From Cetorhinus maximus (lineage: Eukaryota), in the NCBI RefSeq assembly GCF_964194155.1, contig NC_135896.1, positions 8,246,001-8,310,000 on the forward strand: DNA of 64,000 nt, read 5' to 3'. Shown in pieces: positions 38,802 through 52,500 of the stretch; the stretch's first letter is position 1, and every line of letters begins with the position of its first letter. Made by a program: the position numbers and the translations under genes. The notes below the pieces were generated by a model. The model saw nothing but the letters and a program-made list of their open reading frames with translations, searched no databases and was not told the origin of the DNA.

Positions 38802-40826
38802 AATGAGTTTCAACGGGTGTATTTTCCACCACATGAATGATATCAGGGCTGTTAGCTGACATATCCTTCCCCACGTCCCCCTCCTTCCCCACTCCTTTCC
38901 TCAAACTCGCTACCATACCAGGTGGGACTGAGGCCTACTCTGGCCCTAGTTGCTATCCAGGCTGCGATTGAGCAAGTCACAAAGACTGGCTACCTCCCAA
39001 GGCACAGAATAAGGGCAGCTGGTGCATGGGAACGTCACCATCTCCAAGTTCCCCTCCCAGCCACACACCATCCTGACTTGGAAATATATCACAGTTTCTT
39101 CACTGCCGCTGGGTCAAAATCCTGGAACTCTCTAAAATAACAGCACCATAAGTGTACCTGCAAAACATGGATTGCACCTTTTCAAGGGCAATTAAGGATG
39201 GGTAATAAAGGCTGGGCCCAGCCAGTGATGCTCACATCATGCAATAGATAGAAAATACATTGAAGGAAACCTGGGACCTCCTTGCTGTCCATGCGTCAGT
39301 GCCTCACTAGCAAGTCACCCCAGAAGGTAGTGCCTCACACTTAATGTGTCAGCCGTGGCTCAGTGATTTTGCCATCACCTATTGGTCAGTCATTATTGTG
39401 AGTTGAAGTCCCACTTCAAAGACTTGAGCACAAAAAATAGGCTGCCACTCTCAGTGCAGCGCTGAGGGAGCGCATCGCTGGCTGAGGTGCAGTTCTTCAG
39501 GTGAGAGATAAAACCGAGGCAATTTCACTGGCCAGGGGAAACCCTCCCTTGTTGATTAAATGAAAGGTTAAATCTTCAGACATTAGGGATAAAGGAGACT
39601 TCCAGGTTTGCTATTAATGTGAAGGTCTTGTGCACAGTGTTAATGGACACATCATAAACAACCACAGTGTATGATTCCTATCTCCAGCCACCTCATCAAT
39701 AACAATCACAAGTCATGCTTGGTTTCTCCGGTGTAACCATTCATTAAATCACAAGGCTAATTGTGACATGTTTATCTCTAACAAGTGGAGAAGGTTTTCA
39801 AAGCGAATGATGCTGAGAATACTGGTTTTATCACACATCAAGGCTTCAAACTCTCTCTCTCTCTTTTTCCATTGTGTCGAATAACAGCTAGTGTTCCCTG
39901 GAACATTATTCTTGTTCCTAAACTGCACAATGAAGCTACATTTTCAGTCTACTGGTTACTAAATGGAAAGAAAACCTAGGCATTGATGCTACCAATCCAT
40001 GCTGGATTCTTGTTGCTTCCCAGGAGTCCAAAGCACAGAAAGAGACCATTCAGCCCAACTGGCTTGTGCTGATTGAGTATCTTCCACACCTCCTTCCATG
40101 CCTCTTCACCTAAATTTTTCAGAATATCCTTCTATTCCTTTCTCCCTCATGTACTTATCTAGCTTCCCCCTTACTCAAATTTGTACTATTTGCCTCAGAT
40201 ATTCTTTGTGGTAACGAGTTCCACATTCTCATCGTTCCCCTGAAACTTGTCCTGAATTCCCTGTTAGATTTATTGAGGAATATCTTACGTTCATGAGTTG
40301 AAACCAGTATTCACTATGGTGGGGGGTGGGGGGGGGGTTGACTCTGAGAAATTTCCTAGAATGGGTGTTATCCGATCAGCTCCCCATTAGGTATCTCTCT
40401 GCGTTTTCCATTCCCACCTCCGATTTGCAAGAGTTTCTCGTGGGTATTTGAAGAAGAACGAACAAGTCCCTCCATCCAACATCACTAAAGCAGATTAATT
40501 GATTGGATATCTCGTTGATGTTTGTAGGAACTTGCTGTGCATATATTGGCTGCCGTGTTTCCATACATTACCATAGCGACAACACTTTGAAAGTAGTCCA
40601 TTGACCGCGAAATGCGAAAAATGTGAAAGGCGCTATAGAAATGCAAGGTCTTCCTTTGTGTACTCCAGCACTTCAGGAGATAAGGACAGACAATCGGGAA
40701 AGAAAAATTGTTAATCGATAGGTCAACCCTGAATGTTTGTTCTGACAGGAATTATCACATAAATGGCAAGTCTAGTCTAGGATAAAGGGAGTGTTAAATG
40801 GACTGGTAGGAATCACAAATACTTAC

Positions 40827-40898
40827 ATCCTTGAAATGTTTGGGAGCTTTGTAAAAGCTTCAGTGGGAATTGTCTTGAGTTGAGTCTCCATGAATCGG
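40827..40898 (-). CDS. TSHR: TSHR exon 2 (72 nt)
   Basis: ttttgacag|C...AT|gtaagt; RFMETQLKTIPTEAFTKLPNISRI (human [24 protein letters not shown]). Confidence 0.96.
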
Positions 40899-43079
40899 CT
40901 GTCAAAAAAAATTAATATTAAGTGTCACTGACAGCGAATACTTGATCACAACACTGATAACAGCTTTGAGAACTAATGCTCTGCTCATCATATTTTCTCC
41001 CATCATGAATTTGTCTGGCTTTTACCATTGCCTGTTGGAAGAGTTTGGATTTGAGATGTCTCTGGGTCCATCACAACAGTCTTCATCATCGACCTGGCTG
41101 AGATCAGCAGAACCTGCACCATATTAGGATAGGTGACCAAAAGCTTGCTCAAACAGGAAAGAGCACCTGAATGGAGGAGAGAGAGAGACAGAGAGGTATC
41201 GGGAGGGAATCCCAAAACTTAAGGCCCAGACTCTCACTGTGAGACCTGTGCTTATGGATAGTGTGGGCTGGAGATGTGGCTTTTTTTGCCAGTTAACAGT
41301 GTACCATTCTACCAAAGTTATGTAATGCTTTTCAATGCACTGTTCAAACCATATTTAGAATATCATGGTCGCACCTGGTCATCATGACACAAAAGACATA
41401 TTTGTTGAGCTGACAGGAATAGCACAAACACTGTATCCAAGTGTAACCCTAAAGTTCAATTTGAAAGCTCATATACTTGTTTTCAAATCCCTCCATGCCT
41501 CGCCCCTCCCTATCTCTGCAACCACCTCCAGCCTACAATCCTCCGAGATATCTGTACTCCTAGAATTCCGGCCTCTTGCATATCCATGATATTCCTCATT
41601 CCAACATTAGTGGCTGTGCCCTCAGTGTCTAAGCTTTAAATTCTGAAATTCCCTCCCGCAATCTCTCTACCTCCCTCTCCTTTTTTAAAATGCTCCTCAA
41701 AACCTACCTTGTTTTTTTTTAAATTTATTAATTCACAGGATCATTGGCAAAGCCAGCATTTGTTGCCCATCCTAATTGTCCTTGAGAAGGTGGTGGTGAG
41801 CTGCCTTCTTGAACTGCTGCAGTCCATGTGGTATATGTACACCCACAGCGCTGTTAGGGAGGGAGTTCCAGGATTTTGACCCGGCGACAGTGAAGGAACG
41901 GTGAAGTAGTTCCAAGTCAGGATGGTGGGTGGCTTGGAAGGGAAATTGCAGTGGTTATGTTCCTATGCATCTGCTGCCCTTGTCCTTCGAGATGGTTGTA
42001 GGATATTGAATTCATTTAGTACTCTCTTTAAAATCTACCTCTTTTCCCAAGCTTTTGGCCACCTGTCCTAATATCTCCTTGGTGTCAAATTTTGTTTGAT
42101 AATACACCTGGGAAGCGCCTTGGGGCATTTTGGGTGCTACATAAATGCAAGCTGTTGAAGTAAAGAGAATGATTAGAGTGGGAAAGTTTGAGAAGCTTAC
42201 ATTTCAAAGTAAAGAAAGAAATGATTCAAGAAGAGACCTTGTTGAATTATATCAAATATTAAACCTTATGGAGATTGTTACTTCATAATCAGCCAACAAA
42301 ATGTCGCATGAAAGAATCACATAGAATACACAGAAACAGGCCATTCGGCCTGACCAGTCCATGCTGATATTTATTCCTCTCCCCATCCTTCCCTGGTCAG
42401 CGTATTTGCTTCTCCTTCATTTGTTTACCTAGCTTCCTCTTAAATGCATCTATACCACTTACCTCAACTACTCCCTGTGATAGTGAGCTCCACATTCTCA
42501 CCTCCATTAAAGCTGTCGGACTTGCACTTGCAATGTCCAGTCTTCACACGCTGGAAGCATTTTGCACCACCTGCTGGGCAGTCTTGTTGTGTTGTTTCTT
42601 TGCGTCACAATGTAAGCATCACAAAACAGCTGCTGTAGGGTTTCCTGCCCTTTTGCTAGGCTTCTGAGCAGATGCTTTTTTTTATTCACTGGATGGAGGT
42701 GTCACTGGCTAGGCCAGCATTTATTGCCCATGAGCACAGAGGGGCTTTCCAGGGCAGTTAAGAGTCAACCACATTGGCATGGGTCTGGTGTAACACATAG
42801 GCCAGACCATCAAACATAGGCCAGACCATCAAACTTCCTTCTCTAAAGGACATTAGTGAACCAGATGGGTTTTTAGGGCAATCAATTCATAGTCATCATT
42901 AGACTTTTAATTCCTGATGTTATTTATTGAATTTAATTTTCACCACGGCACATGGTGGGATTTGAACCCAGATCCCCATCATATTATCCTAGGTCTCAGG
43001 ATTACTAGTCCAGTGACAATACCACTATGCCATCACCACTGCCCATGGGGTTACCTAGTTAATGCAGTCATCTAGAACC

Positions 43080-44831
43080 TCGGCCCATTTATTGGCCCGC
43101 CTCGTGTTTTGAACCGCTTGAACGATTATGGGATTCTGTGGCAGACGAAAATATGTCAAAGGCTTTGAGGATGGTGTCGCACTTTGTGGAGGTCTCTTCC
43201 ACTCCCTGTCTCGAGAGGACATTATCATACACTGGTCCTACGGCATAAAGGAATAAACTAACCCGGTGCTGCTGCTCTTTAGCATGCAATCCGAAGCTGC
43301 TCGGTAACTTCTAAAACACCCAGCTCTGACCTCTCTGTAGACTAGTCTTCGAACTGCTGCAGAAAGGGCAGTGACTGTTCAACTGGTGCTGGCATCGCTA
43401 TCAGTTTCTAATTTGCCTCTTTCTTTGGCAGGTGCGTATATTCTTCCTTCTACCAGGTTTTCCTGCACTTTCTTTCCGTGGTCCCGTCAATGGCACCAAC
43501 CCTTTGTTAGATTGGCATTACCACTGCTGCTACCATGTTTCATATGCTGGTGGCGTGGTTGCCAGCGTCTGGTATGCATAACCTATCTTATCTAGAGACA
43601 CTGTAGTCATATTCTGGTACTTGCTTTAAACTGGTTTATTTACACCATATATAAAGATAGGTATGTCTCTCCTGAGTACAGAGTGTTTCTTTTTATTCAT
43701 TCATGGAACGTGGATGTTGCTGGCTGGGCCAGCATTTATGGCCCATCCCTAATTGCCCTTGAGAAGATGGTGGTGAGCTGCCTTCTTGAACCTCTGCAGT
43801 CCATGTGGTGTAGGTACACCCACAATGCTGTCAGGGAGGGAGTTCCAGGATTTTGACCCAGCGACAGTGAAGGAACGGCGATATATTTCCAAGTCAGGTG
43901 GTGGTGTTCCAGTGTGTCTGCTGCCTTTGTCCTTCTGGATGGTAGTGGTAGTGGGTTTGGAAGGTGCTGTCTAAGGAGCCTTGGTGAGTTGCTGCAGTGC
44001 ATCTTGTAGATGGTACACACTGCTGCCACTGTGCGTCGGTGGTTGAGGGAGTGAATGTTTGTGGATGTGGTACCAATCAAATGGGCTGCCTAGTCCTGGA
44101 TGGTGTCCAGCTTCTTGTTTATTGTTGGAGCTGCACTCATTCAGGCAAGTGGAGAGTATTCCATCACACTCCTGACTTGTGCCATGTAGATAGTGGACAG
44201 GCTTTGGGGAGTCAGGAGGTGAGTTTCTTGCCACAGGATTCCCAGCCTCTGATCTGCTCTTGTAGCCAGAGTATTTATATGGTTAGTCCAGTTCAGTTCC
44301 TAGTCAATGGTGACCTCCAGGATGTTGATAGTGGGGGATTCAGTGATGGTAATGCCATTGAATGTCAAGGGGCAATGGTTTGATTCTCACTTGTTGGAGA
44401 TGGTCATTGCCTGTGTGGCGCGAATGTTACTTGCTATTTGTCAGCCCAAGCCTAGATATTGTCCAGGTCTTGCTGCATTTGGATATCGACTGCTTCAATA
44501 TCTAAGGAGTCGTAAATAACGCTGAACATTGTACAATTATCAGCGAACATCCCCACTTCTGGCCTTATGATGGAAGGAAGGTCATTGATGAAGCAGCTGA
44601 AGATGGTTGGGCCTAGGACACTACCCTGAGGAACTCCTGCAATAATGTTCAGGAGTTGAGATGATTGACCTCCAACAACCACAACCATCTTCCTTTGTAC
44701 CAGGTATGACTCCAACCAGGGAAGAGTTTTCCCCTCCCTCGAGTGTCTATTAAATGACTGCTGATGTCATCGGTACATCATGGTCTACATCACTCATTAC
44801 CATAGCTATGCTATTAACCCATTACACTACA
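43080..44831 (-). mobile_element. Gypsy LTR retrotransposon remnant (5' LTR, PBS, gag start); LTR split by a LINE
   Basis: Minus strand: LTR starts TGTAGTGTAATGGGTTAAT (44831) and ends ...GAAACA, then PBS-like TGGTAGCAGCAGTGG (~43535-43521). Gag-like RVSLFLYAVGPVYDNVL...KCDTILKAFDIF at 43089-43289. Confidence 0.7.
43688..44735 (-). mobile_element. CR1/L2-group LINE 3' half inserted into the Gypsy LTR
   Basis: AGVPQGSVLGPTIFSCFINDLP...MFADN RT motifs. Tail gaatgaataaaa at the left end. gagtgt present on both flanks. Confidence 0.9.
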
Positions 44832-46897
44832 GTAGGGTTAAAGGGCAGGGTTAATTGGAGGGCAAGCAGATATAACTCTTTTATATATATATCCTCAGTC
44901 ATAAAAACATACAGCACAGAAGGAGGCCATTCAATCCATCATGCCTGTGCCAGCGCTTTGAAAGCTATCCAATTAGTCCCACTCCTCTACTCTTTCCCAT
45001 GTTTTATTCCTTTTCAATTATTTATCCAGTTGCCTTTTGAAATTTACTATTGAATCTGCTTCCACCAGGCAGTGTGTTCCAGATCATAATAATCATTGCA
45101 GAAGACCTTTTTTCCCTTTCACCCTTTTCTCCTGTAGTATAAATTGTTGTGAGCTTTTGAAATTTGGCATTCTTGCATTTGTCCTCACGAGTGCAAGGTG
45201 AAAAACTTCAGCAAGATGTCTCTCTTTCCAGCAACATTCAAAATAAAAATTCTCTTAATCTTCCTTTATTTTATCAATAACAAAAACGAGAGGACAGTTC
45301 TTATGGAACATTTCAATGTTGAAGACAGCAGTAGAGTACAAGCTAGAAAAAACTTTGCAAATAAAGAACACCCTTGTAGGTAGCTGCAAATCTGGTAACA
45401 TAATTGTTCAAATCTGTAAACAATAAGAGTGAGAGGTTGTTCTGTAGTAATTCAAAGATTAAAAAGAAAATTGTATGCCAGTGGGAATTCTAATTTCTCC
45501 TTGGCCAATTAGCATGTAATTATGAACTGTTATTTAGGGATCTAGAACGTGTGTCTAAAAACTGCACCTTGTCAACTAACAGTGAGCAGGATCCTGTGAA
45601 TTCTGCACATATGAGATCATTAGCGGGATGCTTGTTAAAGGATGCTTTACCAAAAGTAGTTCTTTCCCACTTTTTTTCTTTTGTCCATCCATTTTTTTTC
45701 TTCCTTTCTCTTCTTTCCAGGGGATAGTTCCAGCTGCTTCGAAGGTGGCTATTCGTCATATTTGTGCCTGGGTGGTCAGGCTCAATTGGCTGTCTCGCCA
45801 TGGGATGGGTGGGGGCCCGGGGGGGTGGAGGGAGTGGGGTGGGGGGGGTAAGAAATGGTGTGCTGGAGGGGGTAGGGATGTCACATCCAAGTTTACACTC
45901 TAGAGCAAGGCGGGCACTAGCAATAACAATCTATGGTGCAGGATATGAGGAGATGGTGGTGTAGTGGTTATGTCACTGGGCTAGTAATTCAAGCACCTAG
46001 GTTAATCCTCTGGGGACATGGCAGCTAGTGGAATTTAAATTCAGTCAATAAATCTGGAATATAAAGTGAGTCTTGATGACAGCTATCATGGATTGTTATA
46101 AAATCCTATCTACAGAAGGAGATTTTGCCCTTGTTACCTGGTCTGGCCTACATGTGACTCCAGACCCACAGCAATGTGGTTGAAATGGCTGAGCAAGCCA
46201 CTTAGCTCATGGTCAATTAGGGATGGACAACAGATGCTGGTCTTGTCAGTGTTGCCCACATCCAAAGAAACAAAAAATACCCTTTTTAATGTTAGCCAGG
46301 AAGGCTGTGTCTGCAGTTGTTCCGCTCTCCTGTGGGAGATCAGCAAACTGAAAACAGACCAACAGTGGATTCTTGAATATGTCAAACATCAATTCGGAGA
46401 AATTTACCTTTGCTGCTGATGGCGGAATCCAGGTGACTTTAAGATTATCTTTCACATTTTATTGAAATCTCCCTCCAGATGTATTTGCTACACATGCTGG
46501 AAGGTTACCCTTCCACACGTGGATTTCATCTATCATTGAAATGATGTCACTCTACACCCACCTCTGTCTCCCTCCTCCATGTCATGTCAGCGAGACCCCA
46601 TCATATCCTATTCTATTCATGTCAGCCATGGTTCAGTGGGTAGCACTCTCATGTCTGAGTCAAATGATTAGGAACATAGGAAGAGGAGGAGGCCATTTAG
46701 CCCCTCAAGCCTGTTCCGCCATTCAGAAAGACCATGGTTGATCTACATACATACCTACGAATTAGGAGCAGGAGTAGGCCATTCGGCCCCTTGGGCCTGC
46801 TCTGCCATTTGATAAGATCTATGTGGCCTCAACTCTACTTTCCTGCCTACCCCCCAATTTACTTTGACCCTTGTCAGTCAAGAATCTATCTAACTCA

Positions 46898-47114
46898 AAG
46901 ATGACAGCAAAATACAGCAGACGCTGGAAATCTGAAATAAAAACAGAAAATGCTGGAAAAATTCAGCAGGTCTGGCAGCATCTGTGGAGAGAGAAACAGA
47001 GTTAACGTTTCGAGTCTGAAGAAGAGTCATACGGACTTGAAACGTTAACTCTGTTTCTCTCTCGACAGATGCTGCCAGACCTGCTGAGCTTTTACAGCAT
47101 TTTCTGTTTTTATT
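46898..47114. mobile_element. Palindromic Penelope-terminus insertion
   Basis: Arms 46934-47016 and 47035-47116 are reverse complements. 13-bp TSD TCTATCTAACTCA at 46885-46897 and 47115-47127. Confidence 0.88.
47012..47051 (+). ncRNA. Minimal type I hammerhead ribozyme motif
   Basis: CUGAAGA-A-GAGUC(auacg)GACUU-GAAAC-GUU matches the hammerhead core CUGANGA/stem II/GAAA/NUH. Stem I is weak in this copy. Confidence 0.65.
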
Positions 47115-49544
47115 TCTATCTAACTCAGCCTTAAAGATATTCTATGACCCTGCCTCCACTGCTGTCCGGGAGAGAATTCCACGGACTAACAAACCTCAGA
47201 GAACAAACTTCTCATCTCCACCTTAAATGGAAGACCGCCTAATTTTCAAAACTGTGATCTATAATTCGAGTGTTTCCCACAAGGGGAAACATCCTCTCAT
47301 TATCCACCCTGTTACGTCCACTCAGAATCTTATGTGTTTCAGTAAATTCATCTCTTTCTTCTAAATCCCAATGGTTACAGGCCCAACCTGTCCAGCCTTT
47401 CCACATAAAATAACTCCAATTTTCTTCTCTGTATTTTTAAAAATCTGTGGCCTAGCCCCATATCCCTTAATATCTTTGGTTAACAAAAATCTACCAATCT
47501 CATGTTTAAAATTAACAATTGATCTAGTCTCACTTTATCTTAGACCAACAGCATTGTGGTTGCAATTATACTTCCTTGTGTGAGGTGATGCAAACTGAAC
47601 ACAAATCAAAATTGGTGTGTAGAGGTGTTTCATAGTTGTGGGTTCAAGCGCCATACCAGAGATTTGTGCATATATCTTCGCTACTTTAGAGAAGAGCAGG
47701 GGAGTTCTCCATCATGTCGGTTTTAAATCCTAAGCTTGATGCCTTAGTGACTGATTGGAGATCTATTTTCTTTCAAATCACATAAAGTGCAATACTTCTA
47801 ACGTTTTCAATGAGAATTTGGGATACCTAGTGACCATATACAATTCATCCTTTAACAGAGTTGCCAACTGTGATTAAATGTGTTCCTGGAGGCTTCATCA
47901 CATGACTTGCCTCCACACTCCATGCATTAGTCGGCCAACACATCCATCCTTGTGATGTACTGCCTTCCTACACCAATTGGAAAGCAAAAAGACTTATTAT
48001 TTAATTGGATGATGCTTGACTGTCAGCCAAACAGTCTTTTCTCCCCCCCTTTTGCAATATGTTTATATCTGGTAAAGAGTGTTCAAAGAAAATGACAAAA
48101 AAAACCCCAATCTCTTTTGATGTTCCAATGATTTTTCTCCAGGATTGTACACAGCAGTGTCCTGGAGATTGATCTTCAATTCCTGGAGACACCTTAACCA
48201 ATCATTTATTCATGCACTCACCCTCTCACTAACGTTCAAACTGTACACTTAAATTTACCATACGGCAGATGGTGCCGTAAAAGGGGGGCTTGTCCTATCT
48301 TCCCCCGGCTCCACCTCGCTTCGATGGAGCTCTCCGCATTGCTGGAGAAGCCAGACTCGGAGGGTCCTGGAAGAAATGCAGAGCAGCATTGCATTGGGGG
48401 AGTTTTCAAGTGGAGCAGCAATGAGAAGATCCAGGCCAGCATCTTATAAATCCATCTGAGAGAACAGACAGGGCTCAGCGTAAAACCTCAACTGAAAGAC
48501 AGCACCTTTGACAGTGAAGCAGCGCCTGGCTTTTCTCTCACGTCTCTGGAGTGGGTCATGAACCCACAACCTTCGGGCTCAGAGACAAGGGTGCGACTGA
48601 CTTCAACCACAGCTGCACACAGTGCACGTAAACCTCAGAAGATACTAAAGTTAAGGTTTAATTTAACTCCTCTAGCTATCAAACAAAACTCCCATTTTAC
48701 ATGTGACTTTGTGAAACAGGAGGGCCATTATGAACTTGTACAAATGCTTGAAAAGTCTAACGTGTGGCTTTTGTTTAGGAAGAGCAGCTGGAATGGACAT
48801 GGGAGAGAAAGGGACAAAAGCTGAGCACACTTATCAGGCGGATAACTTAATATACGGACCTCCCGAATCAGTTCTCAGCAGATTCACTGTGTTAATCTTG
48901 TGGGAGATTGGAGGCTGGGGGGACATGGTTAGGGTGGGAGTATTCAATATTGCCTCAAATACATCTGTGCAGTACTAATAGTATAAACGATGCTCACGAT
49001 CGAATTTCCTAAAGTCCTTTCCTAAAGCGCAGTAACTGAGCAATGAAGTAACTGACCATGTGAATAGGATCTTCATGTTAGTCAAGCCTGAGCTCTCTTA
49101 TTTATAGCCTCGAGGTGTTTTTGAACGCGACTGTGCGTTGACCATTCCTTGCCCTCCTTCTGCTGGTGATACCAGTTTCTTGGTGTGTGGTGTGCTTTCA
49201 CAAACAGGGGAGACTAGGCCACCAATTACAAAACATTCCTTACTCCTGATGGTACCTTTCACTTTCACTATTGCTGTGTATAGTCACAGGGATGGGGGTG
49301 GGGGGAGCAGGTCCAGAGTCTCAACGTGTGGCTTTTACTATAAGAAGGGCACAAAGTGGCGTGTTTTAAATCTCTGTTGCTTGCCAACATAAAAAGAATG
49401 GCTGCACTTGAAAGTAATTCATTGGTTAGGAAGCACCTTGGGATATTCTGAAGACATGGTGAGGCACTACCAGTGAAACCTGTTCTTTCTTCCTGTGTCT
49501 CCTTCCCTCCTGTCTCTCCTTCCCTCCTGTTTCCCCTTCCTTGA

Positions 49545-52500
49545 TTAGAATATAAAGAATGGCAGAGAATGACTGAAAGGTTAATTAGGAAAAAGGAAAT
49601 TAGAGCATGAGGGGAAGCTAGCTAGAAATATAAAGATAGATAGCAAGAGTTTCTGCAGTTTTTTAAAAAGGAAAAGAATAAGTAAAGTGAGTGTTGGTCC
49701 TCTAGAGAGTGACAGTCGGGAGTTAATTCTTGATAATAAGGAAATGGTGGATGAAATGAACAAATATTTTGCTTCTGTCTTCACTGTGGAGGATACAAAA
49801 AACATTCCAGTAATATCTGTAAATCAGGAGGTGGAAGGGAGAGAGGAACTCGGTGAAATTACAATCACTTGGGAAGTGGTACTGAGCAAAATGATGGAGC
49901 TGCGGGCTGACAAGTCTCCAGATCCAGTTGGACTTCATCCTAAGGTCTTAAAAGAGGTGGCTAATGAGGTAATAGATGAGTTGGTGTCAATTTTCCAAAA
50001 TTCCTTAGATTCTGGAAAGATTCCATCAGACTGGAAAGTAGCAAATGTAACCACTCTATTCATGAAGGGAGGGAGGCAGGAAACAGGAAACTATAGGCCA
50101 GTTAGCTTGACGTCTGTTGTGGGGAAGTTGTTAGAACTGATCATTATAAAGGCTGTAGCTGGGCACTTAGAAAAGCTTAAGGTAATTGAGAAGAGTCAAC
50201 ATGGTTTTGTGAAAGGGAAATCATGTTTAACCAATTTATTAGAGTTCCTTGAAGGAATAACATGTGCTGTGGATAAAGGGGAGCCTGTAGACGTGCTGTA
50301 CTTGGATTTACAGAAGGCATTTGATAAGGTGCCACATCAAAGGTTTTTGCAGAAAATAAAAACTCATTGTGTAAGGGGTAGCATATTAGCATGGATAGAA
50401 AATTGGCTGGCAGAAAACAGAAAGTATGCATAAATGGGTCCGATTAGCAGGATGTGACCAGTGGGCCTCAACTTTTTACAATTTACATCAATGACTTAGA
50501 TGAGGGGAGCGAAGGCATGGTAGCTAAATTTGCAGAATACACAAAGATGGGTAGGAAAGTATGTTGTGAAGAAAACATAAGGAGGTTGCAGACAGGTATA
50601 GATAGGTTAAGTGAGTGGACAAAGATCTGGCAGATGGAGTATAATGTGGGAAAGTGTGAAGCTGTTCACTTTGGCAGGAAGAATAATAAAGCAGAGGATT
50701 ACTTAAACAGAGAACAACTGCAGGATTCTGAGGTGCGGACGGATCGAAGTGTTCTAGTGCATGAGTCACAAACAGTTAGTACGCAGGTACAGCACATGTC
50801 CAAGAAGGCTAATGGAATGCTATCCTTTATTACAGGAGGAATTGAACATTTTTAAAAATTCTTTCACGGGATGTGGGCTTCGCTGGCTGGGCCAGCATTT
50901 ATTGCTCATCTCTAGTTGCCCTTGAGAAGGTGGTGGTGAGCTGCCTTCTTGAACCGCTGCAGTCCATGTGGTGTAGGTACACCCACAGTGCTGTTAGGAA
51001 GGGATTTTGTCCAGGATTTTGACCCAGCAATAGTGAAGGAACGGCGATATATTTCCAAGTCAGGATGGTGAGTGACTTGGAGGGGAACTTCCAGGTGGTG
51101 GTGTTCCCATCCATCTGCTGCCCTTGTCCTTCTAGGTGGTAGTGGTTGTGGGTTTGGAAGGTGCTGTCTAAGGAGCCTTGGGGAATTCCTGCAGTGCATT
51201 TTGTAGATGGTACACACTGCTGCTACTGCGCAACGGTGGTGGAGGGAGTGAATGTTTGTGATGTGGTGCCAATCAAGCGGACTACTTTGTCCTGGATGGT
51301 GTCCAGCTTCTTCAGTGTTGTGGGAGCTGCGCTCATCCAGGTAAGTGGAGAGTATTCCATCACACTCCTGACTTGCGCCTTGTAGATGGTGGACAGGCTT
51401 TGGGGAGTCAGGAGGTGAGTTACTCGTCGCACGATTCCTAGTCTCTGACCTGCTCTTGTAGCCACAGTACTTATATGGCTAGTCCAGTTCAGTTTCTGGT
51501 CAATGGTAACCCCCAGGATGTTGATAGTGGGGGATTCAGTGATGGTAATGCCGTTGAACATCAAGGGATGATGGTTGGATTCTCTCTTGTTGGAAATGAT
51601 CATTGCCTGACACTTGTGTGGCGCGAAAGTTACTTGCCACTTGTCAGCCCAAGCCTGGATATTGTCCAGGTCTTGCTGCAGTTGGACATGGACTGCTTCA
51701 GTATCTAAGGAGTCGCGAATGGTGCGGAACATTATGCAATCATCAGTGAACATCCCCACTTCTGACCTTATGATGGAAGGAAGGTCATTGATGAAGCAGC
51801 TGAAGATGGTTAGGCCTAGGGCACTACCCTGAGGAACTCCTGCAGTGATGTTCTGGAGCTGAGATGACTGACCCCCAACAACCAGAACTATCTTCATTTG
51901 TGTCAGGTATGACTCCAACCAGTGGAGAGTTTTCCTCCTGATTCCCATTGACTCCAGTTTTGCTAGGGCTCCTTGATGCCACACTTGGTCAAATGCTGCC
52001 TTGATGTCAAGGGCAGTCACTCTCACCTCACCTCGGGAGTTCAGCTCTTTTGTCCATGTTTGAACTAAGGCTGTAATGAGGTCAGGAGCTGAGTGGCTTT
52101 GGCGGAACCCAAACTGGGCACCAGTGAGCAGGTTATTGTTAAGCAAGTGCCGCTTGATAGCACTGTCGATGACCCCTTCCATTACTTTATTGATGATTGA
52201 GAGTAGACTGATGGGGCGGTAATTGGCAATTTGATAAATTGGTAATTTAAAAGTAATGATGTTATGCTTCAGGTATACAGAGCATTGATGAGACTGCATC
52301 TCGAATACTATGTGCAGTTTTGGTCTCCTTATTAAGGAAGGATATAAATGCGTTGGAGGTGGTTCAGAGGAAGTTTACTAGATTGATGCCTGAAATGAGT
52401 GGGTTGTCTTATGTCGAAAGGTTGGACAGACTGGGCTTGTTTCCACTGGAGTTTAGAAGAGTGAGGGGTGACTTGATTGATGTACACAAGATCCTGAATG

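Noticed and set aside
42795-42833. 19-bp tandem duplication acataggccagaccatcaa
   Set aside because: Ordinary slippage event inside a SINE copy.
46407-46496. Possible TSHR exon 1 (KDNLKVTWIPPSAAK followed by gtaaat)
   Set aside because: No signal peptide or Cys cluster, and this frame ends in phase 0 whereas exon 2 needs phase 2.
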